In this document: positions 1-11,454 of the stretch, one piece after another | Position numbering within the stretch: the stretch's first letter is position 1 | How the letters are laid out: each line of letters opens with the position of its first letter | Assembly: GCA_964016885.1 (NCBI GenBank) | Contig: OZ024743.1 | Location: 67,828,001 to 67,892,000, forward strand | Reading direction: 5' to 3' | DNA: 64,000 nt | DNA from: Eledone cirrhosa | Taxonomy: Eukaryota | The notes under the pieces: generated by a model | Databases searched by the model: none | Told to the model about the DNA's origin: nothing | The model's input: only the letters and a program-made list of their open reading frames with translations | Position numbers and translations under genes: made by a program

Positions 1-482
1 GTGAAAAGGAGAATATTTATGCAGAACTGATGAGAAATCTGCAGATACTCCACCCTGATTACACCTTCAGATTTATGCCTGTGATTATTGGGGCACTGGG
101 ATATGTTAGTAACTGCCTCAATACAAATTTTGAGAAGCTAGGCTTCACAGGAACAGAAAGAACACAACTAGCTAGGAAACTACAAGTACAATCCATTAAT
201 GGAACAGTAAAAATATGTAAAACATTCCAAAAATGTTGCATCTAATAACTGCATATACACATGTACAGATACAAAGCATATGCACATGCACACATACAAC
301 TCAAAACATCCACATCCACACATACAATAACATCCATATCTACACATGCATGCGTGCAGACATACATACATATCTACCTAGTTGATGTTGTGTAAATTCC
401 AATGTGAGAGTCTTGTATCTATGTTAGAAACCGACTCTCTCTCTATTGGTAAAACTTTGTGAAATTATAAAACCAGAAGAAC
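1..482 (+). mobile_element. 3' end of a non-LTR retrotransposon with restriction-like endonuclease (R4/Dong-like) plus 3' UTR
   Basis: Frame reads EKENIYAELMRNLQILHPDYTFRFMPVIIGALGY...KLQVQSINGTVKICKTF, matching the K..Y..L...PVIIGALG C-terminus of RLE-type LINEs; followed by a UTR ending at a TA tract. Confidence 0.65.
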
Positions 483-561
483 ATACATATATATATATAT
501 ATATGTTTGTTTGTTAAATATGTTTGGAGAGAGTGAGAGTGTGTAGGCTAAAGGGTGAGAA

Positions 562-601
562 ATGAGAGAGAAAGTGAGAGAGGGAGAGAGAGAGAGAGAG
601 G

Positions 602-660
<59 letters not shown>
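562..660. repeat. (GA)n microsatellite; representative of dozens of (TA)n, (CA)n, (GA)n and (CTT)n tracts across the window
   Basis: Direct reading. Confidence 0.95.
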
Positions 661-661
<1 letters not shown>

Positions 662-1250
662 AAGAAAGAGTACGAGATAAAGAAGGCAAGGAGAGGAAAA
701 CGAACTGTTTGACATTGACAGTTCTGACACTAATTCACGTTTACATTTTTTTTGATTTTTAGACTTTAGGTTAAATACAGACAAGAGAATTTTAAAGTGG
801 AAGTACTTAGATCTAGTAATACCAAACTTTAAATAATAAGAATAAAAAAATGTTAACATGAAGGTGAAAAAAGAGCACCAAAACAATCGCGGTATCACAG
901 GGAAAAAGAAAAGGAAAAGAAATGTAGATCAAAAGCTGCTGCGAAGACATGATATATTTTACATTTGATATTTCCCCTACTCAACACAATATGCCAAAAT
1001 AACATTTATAGGGGCTTTTATTTTGAAGTAACTTCTTTTTACATTACTGAAGAATTATAGGTACGTTAAAATCACGTTTTGTCGTTTCACGAAGTTTCAT
1101 AGATTCATACGTTAAACTATTGAATAACATTCTCGAACATGACGGATGCCATTTCTTCATTATTCGATGATTATATACGTATATATAAATATATTTATAC
1201 ACACACAGACACACACACGCACACACACATACACACTATCAATCTCACAT

Positions 1251-1281
<31 letters not shown>

Positions 1282-1289
1282 AATATATA

Positions 1290-1549
1290 TATAGTAATAA
1301 TAATAAATTTGAAGACTAAAATCCAAAGAGGGCTCGATATAGTAGTAATAATAAATACGAAGACTAAAAACCAAAGAAGGCTCGATAAGGATAAATATAT
1401 ATCAAATATATAAAGAGCCTCGAGCAAATATTTATTAAAATGACAGATTAAAGTTTAAGCAAAGAATCGCTGCTTTCACACTTAACGAGTTTCAGAAGAT
1501 CCCGTTAAGGGTGAAATCAGCGGTCCTTTGCTTAAACTTTAATCTGTTA

Positions 1550-1556
<7 letters not shown>
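1290..1556. mobile_element. ORF-less fold-back PLE end remnant (family X) with decayed HHR at 1488-1538
   Basis: 1434-1487 is the inverted repeat of 1503-1555; agttt-CAGAAGA-tccc/gggt-GAAA...tt-aaact; related copies at 15020-15205, 53390-53473 and 56980-57045; TA tracts on both sides. Confidence 0.65.
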
Positions 1557-1615
<59 letters not shown>

Positions 1616-1739
1616 GGAGGTGAGTTTTATTGTAGTACAATAAAGCAATGCAGATATCGGACAAGAAGCACTCTACAGTTTGTAGGACTGGAGTATACAT
1701 AATATATAAGAACAAAAGATGGTTAAAAGAGTTCCATGT

Positions 1740-1808
1740 ATTTTATTATGCGCATTTCAAAAACAAATATCATCATGCAATAATATTTGTGTTTTCATCA
1801 GATAAAAC
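1740..1808 (-). ncRNA. Type I hammerhead ribozyme (family B, inverted arm)
   Basis: Reverse complement of 3247-3315. Confidence 0.8.
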
Positions 1809-1921
1809 AGGAAGATATGATATGAAGGTTAAAAAACACTTGTGGATAGTTCAGTTTTAAATCAACATATGAGAAGTAGTTTTAGATTGATGTGTGATAT
1901 TGGGAAAAATATTTTATTTAT

Positions 1922-2300
1922 TTGTCTTGATAAAAACTTAATTTACGAATGTAAAGTTATAACTGACTTCACCTATTTTGGCTCCACTTCCACCTCTTTT
2001 AAAGCTCGTCTTTATAACCATCATTCGTCTTTTAAATACAAACTTAAAAGAACCAACACGGCTCTCTCAGAACTCATGTGGTCCTTGAAAGACAAAAATA
2101 TTAAATATAGCATCTTTTGGAAGAAGGTTTCTTCTGCGTCTCCATACTTGAACAGTTCTCTATCCAAAATTTGCAATCTCTGTCTAAATGAAAAATGTAC
2201 CATTATTTCTAATTTAGATTCTATAATAAATAGACGCACTGACTTGTTTTCTATCTGCTTGAATAAATTCCATAAAACATTTTACAAAGTATACAGCTAA
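1922..2300 (+). pseudogene. GIY-YIG endonuclease fragment of a Naiad-type PLE
   Basis: LIY..YFG motif, R and E catalytic positions, CxLC near the C-terminus. Confidence 0.85.
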
Positions 2301-2714
2301 TATTCAATTCTTTATCAATTTAGAATCTTTTTCTCAAAGGCACATATATATATACACTTCTTTTAAAAATATACCCATCTTTCTACCTTATTTCAAAGGT
2401 TATTATACATTCTATAATACTTGTTACTCATTCTACATCGCTCCTATTTATCACTTCCCTTTCTTCTCTTCTCTTTTAATGTCTAACCCCTAATCTGTAC
2501 CTTTTCTCACTCTTGCCTAACATAGAATCAATTATTACATGATACAATACATTCTTACTCTATATCACCTTGTAAAAATCCTTCGTAAACATATATACTT
2601 TTTTGACGTTAGATTATTCATCCTCAATTCATTATTCTTTTCTCCCTTTCATCTAACTCATTCATGGTCATCTCACAATATTTCCTTACTTAAATAACCT
2701 GTTGTTCCTTTTAA

Positions 2715-2890
2715 TAATACATATCAACATTTTCTTAACATCGCACATATTATTTAACCCTTAAATATTATTCTTAATACATATTAACATTTTCTTTCCA
2801 TCGCACATATTATTAAACCCCTAAATATTATTCTCAATACATATTAACATTTTCTTTTTCATCGCACATATTATCAAACCCCTCAATATA
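2715..2890. repeat. About 3 copies of a ~60-bp tandem repeat inside the family B pLTR
   Basis: taatacatattaacattttctttccatcgcacatattattaaaccc repeated; also at 46958-47125 and 49998-50165. Confidence 0.85.
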
Positions 2891-3246
2891 CAAACCTTGA
2901 CTTTACATTATTTTTTCTCTTCGTTAATTTTCAAATTCTTTTAATTTATACATTATCTTCCAACGGTTTTCAACCTCCCTATGTAAAACAATATATCTTT
3001 CTCAGTTATAAAAGCTATCTCTCTCTCTCTATCACCCATCTCTCCTATCTCATCCTTCCTCATTATACTCCTCGCTCTCCACTTTTTACTCTCATCTCCT
3101 CCTCTTTTTCATCCTTTCCTCCCCCCCCCCTCTCTAAATAAAATATGTTTCCCAATATCACACATCAATCTAAAACTACTTCTCATATGTTGATTTAAAA
3201 CTGGACTATCCACAAGTGTTTTTTAACCTTCATATCATATCTTCCT

Positions 3247-3315
3247 GTTTTATCTGATGAAAACACAAATATTATTGCATGATGATATTTGTTTTTGAAA
3301 TGCGCATAATAAAAT
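3247..3315 (+). ncRNA. Type I hammerhead ribozyme (family B)
   Basis: GUUUUAU-CUGAUGA-[long stem II AAACACAAAUAUUAU..GAUAUUUGUUUUU]-GAAA-UGCGCA-UA^AUAAAAU; stem I pairs, stem III is palindromic. Confidence 0.82.
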
Positions 3316-3355
3316 ACATGGAACTCTTTTAACCATCTTTTGTTCTTATATATTA

Positions 3356-3395
<40 letters not shown>

Positions 3396-3556
3396 AAATT
3401 AATTAAAAGGATTTGAAGCGATGAATTTTCATAAATTATGGGATTCTCATCGCGACAGGAAGCTGTGAACACCTGATTACAATATGTATAATAAAATGTC
3501 GGGTTAAGATATAACCTCATATTGAGTGCAGGTATGGAGAGAGGGAGAGGGAGAGG

Positions 3557-3643
<87 letters not shown>

Positions 3644-3789
3644 AGTGAGAGAGAGATTGTCTAAGGTATGATATCAGAAATGCGAGGGGTATATAGAGAG
3701 AGAAGAGATGAGAAGAAGAGAAAGTCGAGGCTAGAAGGAAGCAGATATATATCTTATACAATTTTATGTCATTATGTAAGTTTGTCGCA

Positions 3790-3926
3790 TAGTTACGTCC
3801 CTTTACGATCTGAGTTCAAATCCCGCCGAGGTTGACTTTGCCTTTCATCCTTACAGGGTCGATAAAATAAAGTACCAGTAATACACTGGGTAATTGCTGG
3901 CCTTGTGCCTAAAAGTAGAAACAATT
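3790..3926 (+). mobile_element. tRNA-like SINE (family S1)
   Basis: B-box-like gagttcaaatccc followed by gccgaggttgactttgcctttcatcc..gtcgataaaataaagtaccag; copies at 4795, 6700 and 17200. Confidence 0.8.
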
Positions 3927-4099
3927 ATGTAAGTTTGTCGCCTAATTTCCTTGTGAATGCATGTTATTTTATGGGATAAAATATTATATATCTGCTCGGC
4001 AATTCTCAGACCTTAGTGTTTTCAAATAACTGATTAGTCATACAATTTATATATTCACAGACACACAGACACCCACAAACATACACGCACACACACACT

Positions 4100-4133
<34 letters not shown>

Positions 4134-4164
4134 TGTGTGTGAGTGTGCCTATGTATATATATAA

Positions 4165-4213
<49 letters not shown>

Positions 4214-4215
4214 TG

Positions 4216-4420
4216 CCAGAGATGTCAACATGATCGGACCTGTTATTTTTATCTAAATACATTTTTTCCGTCCCCTCAATCTATCTTATTTCTCATTCTT
4301 TCTTGTGATGAATGACTAGCGTCCGAAACGTTAAGACCCTCTTCCTGCTATATCAAGCGTTAACCTAATATATTCTGTCCATATTCAGTACCAACTGTGT
4401 TATTTCTGTTTACCTTTTAC
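4216..4420 (+). mobile_element. PLE 3' end remnant with decayed minimal HHR (4301-4336)
   Basis: tctt-GTGATGA-atgactagcgtcc-GAAA-cg-tt-aaga; paralogue at 22990-23225. Confidence 0.6.
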
Positions 4421-4433
4421 ACACACACACACG

Positions 4434-4467
<34 letters not shown>

Positions 4468-4524
4468 CATATATATTTACACATATATATACATAGATAT
4501 ATACGTAGATAGATAGATAGATAC

Positions 4525-4561
<37 letters not shown>

Positions 4562-4794
4562 AAGAGTGAGAGGTTGTGTGTGTGTGTGTGAGAGAGGAAG
4601 AGAGAGACCGAGAGAGAGAGAGAGACAGCGAGAGTGAGAGAGAGATATAGAGAGAGAGGGAGAGAGAGATATAGATAGAGAGAGAGAGCCTAATATTTCC
4701 TTGCAGTACAAACATTCCTAATGCAGCATTTAAACATCAGTTGATTTGAGAGCTGGATGGACAGGCTGCTGCTGATAAGTAACACGTAAATGAA

Positions 4795-4975
4795 AATAAT
4801 TGTTTCTACTTTTTGGCACAAGGCCAGGAAATACATTACTGGTACTTTATTTTATCAACACCGCATGGATGAAAGGCAAAGTTAACCTCAATGGGATTTG
4901 AACTCAGACCGTAAAGGGATGTAACTATGCTAGAAAGCATGGCGTCCAACCCTCTACCAATACTGCCAATTCACC
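4795..4975 (-). mobile_element. SINE family S1
   Basis: Reverse complement of 3790-3926 plus 5' head. Confidence 0.8.
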
Positions 4976-5115
4976 GATTCATTAGTAGTCTACATTGGTA
5001 CGATTGTCATTAATGTGTTTCGGACCTCCGTCTTTTCTGAAGACGAATTATTTAACCAAGGTATCAACCTTCTGTATTACATTCCTGTATTACATTCCTC
5101 CCAAAGTATAACAAC

Positions 5116-5218
<103 letters not shown>

Positions 5219-6233
5219 TGTGTGTATAACAATTTAAAGTTATTTGCCCAAACACTTAGACATCTCAATGAAAGTATAAAATATACTAATAAATTCTCAA
5301 CTCAGAGAAGTAATTAACCATAAGACAAACTCTCAATTCTGATATATGTTAATCTCTCTAGCTTATATCACGTCCATAAAATGAGATTTTGGCTTAAGTG
5401 TATATATATATATATATATATAGTATGTCCACACCTTTCGAACATACTACTTACGAATTTCCGCAAACAACCAACAGTCTCACGAAGAAAAAACAATTGT
5501 GTCTGTGTTTGAAAATGATGTTTTTGTGGGTTCTTTCGGGTCCTGGGATTCTTATATTGCAGCGTAGAAACAACCCTACGGTATCGCATACCATTCTGCT
5601 TTCGCAGAAATGAAGAAGTTCATTTTCTTTAACAATTTATTGTCATTAGATTTACATTATATAAATTTATTATTGAATGCTATACATAAATTTAGAAAAT
5701 GTATATATATATATATATATATATATATTTTAGTTATGTAATAAACAACGTAAGATAATTATTTTATTTACCAGTGGTTTCTTGAAGAGAGATGTTGTGT
5801 CTGTCTTTAGTCGTCAGAATGAATAAAAAAACATGGTGTATTTATTAAATATGGATTTGAAAACAGAATTTAGGAAATAAGAAAGTGAGGCCGAAAATAA
5901 CGGGCGAAAAGGAAATAGGGGAAAAAATAAAAATTATATATATAAAAATATGAATATCCAGAACGTAAACATACACACACTCAACTACGCGCATATACTA
6001 AAAAGTACGTAGACGTATACTTTCTCACATAAGCGTATTTGCGTCTACATAGAAATACGGACAGGAACATAAATTCATACACATACATATACACAGATAT
6101 ATACATAAATGCATACGCATACATATACACAGATATATATGCACTCACAAATGTACACACAGATACGGGCAGTAGTTAGGAAGCAGGAATAAATAAATAA
6201 ATAAATAAATAAGAACAAAAAATACAAAAAATA

Positions 6234-6281
<48 letters not shown>

Positions 6282-6413
6282 AAAGTAAAAATGAAAATCA
6301 AAATCAAAATAAAGTAAAAAAAGGGGGACGTGTTGACAACGATAGGTGTGAGTGTGTGTGGGGGGAGGGGGAATGAATAAAAACACCTTAAATATAAAGA
6401 AACACACAAGATA

Positions 6414-6451
<38 letters not shown>

Positions 6452-6574
6452 CACATATACACATATACATGCATATATACCTATACACACATGCAAACAC
6501 ACACACGTATATATGCTATATATGTCTATATATATATATAAAATAAACATACGTACACATACACATACATGTGC

Positions 6575-6613
<39 letters not shown>

Positions 6614-6699
6614 TACACACATATATATATACACACATACATACATCCACATACACACACATCCACATGCATACACATACAAAAGAAATACAATACTAT

Positions 6700-6885
6700 T
6701 AATAATTGTTTCTACTTTTGGCACAAGGCCACCAATTATCCCAATGCATTACTGGTACTTTATTCTATCGACCCCGTAAGGATGAAATGCAAAGTTGAAC
6801 TCAGACCATAAAGGGGCGTAACTCTATGCTGCAAAGCATGGCGTCCGACTCTCTACCGATACTGCCATTGCACCGCCCTTACAAT
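6700..6885 (-). mobile_element. SINE family S1
   Basis: Aligns by eye to 4795-4975. Confidence 0.8.
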
Positions 6886-7257
6886 ACTATTACTAATGAA
6901 GCTAAAGCCCTAGCTAGTACTTTAAGAATAGACAACCGGATTGAAAGCCTAGCTAAACGTAAAGTATATATTACCCTTAAAGACCATAAATTAGACTTTA
7001 CTAATCGACTTAGTTGTAGACTAATCAACCCTGCTAAATCTGAAATTGGCCTTGCGAGTAAAAAATCTTAAGAAAAATAATACTTCAAATAAGAACTATG
7101 ACTGACTTATCTCAATGGTTAAATACATCCTCTGTTATTTCTTGGTTTAATAACATACAAGGAAGAAATAAGTGTAGATTTACCGAATTTGATATTGTTG
7201 ATTTCTACCCCTCTATCACTGAATCCTTATTAACTAAAGCCTTAGATTTTGCTAGAC
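6886..7257 (+). pseudogene. Naiad-type PLE reverse transcriptase fragment (frameshifted)
   Basis: YITLKDHKLDF..CRLINPAKSEIG..SK, QWLNTSSVISWF, FDIVDFYPSITESLLTKALDFA. Confidence 0.85.
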
Positions 7258-8059
7258 TTTTATATCTGTCGGAACGGCCGGAGCTCAGCCATTGGGGTCC
7301 TGAATGTTTTCATATATATATATATATCACTCATATGAAAACCTACAGTATCAATTTAACATATATGGGCTCACTAGTACGGACTGATGGAGACGGTTAA
7401 TTTGCGAACAAATCAACTAACGGCCTCTTGGAACATAACTCGTAAGTTGCAGACTTACTGTATATACACGTAATTTAAAACGTTCTGACAACATGCTGCG
7501 TATAGTGTTGGCTTAACTCTTCGATCCCGAGAGATATAAAAGTATTCTGTAAAGTATACTCTATTGGATCTTTATTCAAACACGAAATTCCGCTGATATT
7601 TATTCGAGTCTCCTGTAGCTTTGCCAGAATCGATAGTTAGTGATCGATGATCGATTGCTTAGACTGGTTTTAGTTATGGCTTTCTAATCATGAAATGGTA
7701 CCATAATGAAAGAAGAATGTTCAACGTTCGTATTTTCCTAAATATTATATGCTTTATATATTTACAAAATACTATGTCTTTCTCGAACGATATATGTCTT
7801 TTTCTCTATACATAGAGATATCTTTAAAATAAATCTTATATAAATATATATAATGTATAACAATTATTGTGGCACGCATGATTAATCTCCTACGATTATT
7901 CAGAAACCTTCATGAAATTCTGCATAACAACGAATACATAAGATGAGATAGCATTGTATTTTAAGTAATTTATATGAAAAAAAACCTTCACACACGAGTT
8001 CCATGAGATTTGAACCCAGAATGTCAACCTCCCAGGAAGAACTCCAGGTACGTGGAAGA

Positions 8060-8262
8060 TCAGCTATCGACAGCTATCGACCAGTCTCCTTTTTCCACAA
8101 CACCGATGTTGCCCTATGGGAAAGGTTAAGCCAACACAACTTGGCACCAGTTTTGATACAACTTATTTCCACAGCTGAGTGAAATGGAACAATGTGAAAA
8201 TAAAGTATTTTGCTCAAAAACACAACTAATAGTACATTCAGGGAATCGTACTCACAACGTCA
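8060..8262 (-). mobile_element. SINE family S2 remnant
   Basis: agctgagtg..caatgtgaaaataaagt..ttgctcaa..cagggaatcg.actcacaac; paralogue at 51290-51378. Confidence 0.6.
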
Positions 8263-8427
8263 ATATATATATATAAGTAAAATTAGGTTGGAGGGTTTGT
8301 GGCTAGTCTCGAGACAAACCTTACACCTTCCATCTCAATTATATTTTAAAAACATAAGAATTTTGACACCGGCAAAATGAATAGGTAAATATCCTTAATA
8401 TACTCCAGTCGCATTTTCGATTACCTT

Positions 8428-8558
<131 letters not shown>

Positions 8559-8723
8559 AATTTAAAACGATATACATAAAAACTCTCCTTCATATATCCA
8601 GTTGATAAACAACTCGTACCAAGTTCATATATGAAAATGTATATATATGTGTATGTGTGTATATATATGTATATATATATATATATATATAAATATGTAT
8701 GTATGTGTGTATGTGTGTATATA

Positions 8724-8829
<106 letters not shown>

Positions 8830-8959
8830 AAAGTTTTATTTAAGATTGTTGGGTTACAACGAGTAAATATTTCATAACTGATATAAAAGCACTCAACAGT
8901 TTCTGGAGTAGGTTTACGATATTAAACAAATGGAAACTATATTTATAAAACCATATTTA

Positions 8960-9021
8960 TTTCGTTATATATATTTCTGGGATATCATATTAAAAATATG
9001 GTATGCCTTCCTCAGACAAAA
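8960..9021 (-). ncRNA. Type I hammerhead ribozyme (family A, inverted pLTR)
   Basis: Reverse complement of 14881-14942, CUGAGGA core. Confidence 0.75.
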
Positions 9022-11210
9022 TACAATACATAAGCTGTTTTATAAATAATTAGTGACATACCTTGTGATAATGCAACTTCCTTTTAAAAAGTTGATTTGG
9101 TAGTGAAACTGTTATGATAGTTATATAGAAAGAAAACGAAGATGAGAAGAAGAAGATGAGGAGATGTATGCAAATAAAAATAGAAGAAGATGAAGAGATG
9201 TATGCAAAGAAAAACAACGGAGCGAGATAGAGAGACAAGGAGAGAGAGAAATACATTGGTGGTGAAAAACATAGTAGGCTGCTTTTTGACAGATGATCAT
9301 CGTATATGTGAGAGGTTAAGGGAAGGGATACAGTTAAACTAGTGTATAGGAGAAAAAGAAAGAAAGATGATATATTTAAAATATATTAAAAATATATTAT
9401 GTCTCATCCATTTGAATTATCAATTTTTATGAATTAGGTATTATAATGTAAATATCAGTATTCATGAATGAGACACATATCCATAATGTGTGAAAAAAAT
9501 GACCACATGCTCAGTTAAAAATTCTTAGGTCTATAAGCAAAATCTGAGATAAAACTTCAAACATAAGTGCATTCTCGTGAAAAAAGAGAAAAGAGAAGTT
9601 TATCTCAAATTCAAGTTGATAAATATAGACGCACATGTGAACCTACGTGATACGCTGCACTGATTCTTATATTTCATGAACAACTTCAATGCGTTAGAAA
9701 AGATTCCACCCTACATACATTTACATACATATATACATATATATAGACACAAAACATATAAGATATACATTAACATCTAAAATAACATTCCAGCCTCACT
9801 TGCATGATCATCGATCAAGCATAGAGTAGACAACAGATATCAATATTAAAATTAAAAACGCCAAGAATATCTTCGTCACTCCACAGAGTATCTAGGGACG
9901 CAAGAGAACATAGTATGCCACGCATATCGGTCATAGAATCAGAGTCAAAAGCAAACAAAACCAAAATATAAATATAAATATAAATATAAATTTAAAATGT
10001 AATATAAAATGTAGTATATTTACTTAAGGTATTTGACTATTTGTGATATTTGGCGATAAATCTTTCGATTCCTTAAATTTTTTAAAAACCTTTCTGCATG
10101 AATATATAATTAATGAGATTAAATAAACTACCTTATAATTGGCGTTGTCCCCAATCTTTTGAATACATTTTTAAGCTGGATAAACTTCTATAATAAATAT
10201 AAGAGCATTTGTAGAATAAATTTTGAATGATTTCTGCTAAATAAGGCTTGGTGAACAATTTTGGTTTTGTTTGCTTTTGACTCTGATTCTATGACCGATA
10301 TGCGTGGCATACTATGTTCTCTTGCGTCCCTAGATACTCTGTGGAGTGACGAAGATATTCTTGGCGTTTTTAATTTTAATATTGATATCTGTTGTCTACT
10401 CTATGCTTGATCGATGATCATGCAAGTGAGGCTGGAATGTTATTTTAGATGTTAATGTATATCTTATATGTTTTGTGTCTATATATATGTATATATGTAT
10501 GTAAATGTATGTAGGGTGGAATCTTTTCTACCGCATTGGAGTTTTTCATGAAATATAAGAATCAGTGCAGCGTATCACGTAGGTTCACATGTGCGTCTAT
10601 ATTTATCAACTTGAATTTGAGATAACCTTCTCTTTTCTCTTTTTTCACGAGAATGCATATATACTTATGTTTGAAGTTTTATCTCAGATTTTGCTTATAG
10701 ACCTAAGAATTTTTAACTGAGCATGTGGTCATTTTTTTCACACATTATGGATATGTGTCTCATTCATGAATACTGATATTTACATTATAATACCTAATTC
10801 ATAAAAATTGATAATTCAAATGGATGAGACATAATATATTTTTAATATATTTTAAATATATCATCTTTCTTTCTTTTTCTCCTATACACTTAATTAACTG
10901 TATCCCTTCCCTTAACCTCTCACATATACGATGATCATCTGTCAAAAAGCAGCCTACTATGTTTTTCACCATCAATGTATTTCTCTCTCTCCTTGTCTCT
11001 CTATCTCGCTCCGTTGTTTTTCTTTGAATACATCTCTTCATCTTCTTCTATTTTTTATTTGCATACATCTCTTCATCTTCTTCTTCTCATCTTCGTTTTC
11101 TTTCTATATAACTATCATAACAGTTTCACTACCAAATCAACTTTTTAAAAGGAAGTTGCATTATCACAGGGTATGTCACTAATTATTTATAAAACAGCTT
11201 ATGTATTGTA

Positions 11211-11272
11211 TTTTGTCTGAGAAAGGCATACCATATTTTTAATATGATATCCCAGAAATATATATAACGAAA
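11211..11272 (+). ncRNA. Hammerhead ribozyme copy with G8>A core change (family A, 5' pLTR)
   Basis: CUGAGAA instead of CUGAGGA; otherwise identical to 14881-14942. Confidence 0.65.
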
Positions 11273-11322
11273 TAAATATGGTTTTATAAATATAGTTTCC
11301 ATTTGTTTAATATCGTAAACCT

Positions 11323-11345
11323 ACTCCAGAAACTGTTGAGTGCTT
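11323..11345 (+). promoter_or_regulatory. Conserved bulged hairpin, copy 1 (candidate RT priming signal)
   Basis: ACUC-CAG-AAA-CUG-UU-GAGU-GCUU, 5 nt downstream of the position where the 3' pLTR stops. Confidence 0.55.
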
Positions 11346-11414
11346 TTATATCAGTTATAAAATATTTACTCGTTGTAACCCAACAATCTTAAATAAAACT
11401 TTTGCATATATTTT

Positions 11415-11436
11415 GCTCCAATACCGTTGAGCGCTT
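11415..11436 (+). promoter_or_regulatory. Conserved bulged hairpin, copy 2 (candidate RT priming signal)
   Basis: GCUC-C-AAUACC-G-UU-GAGC-GCUU, 4 nt downstream of the position where the inverted pLTR stops. Confidence 0.5.
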
Positions 11437-11454
11437 TATATTATAACTGAAAAA

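Larger units (their letters stand above)
1612..3356 (+). mobile_element. 5'-truncated Naiad-type PLE (family B): inverted arm 1612-1920, GIY-YIG remnant and pLTR 1922-3356
   Basis: CLDKNLIYECKV..YFGSTSTSFKARLYNHHSSF..T.LS..W.LK..CNLCLNEK; 1700-1920 is the reverse complement of 3137-3356; same family as 46490-50746. Confidence 0.9.

Noticed and set aside
5007-5045. HHR-like motif on the minus strand (CAGAAAA..GAAACACAUUA)
   Set aside because: Several core and stem III mismatches; at best a heavily decayed copy
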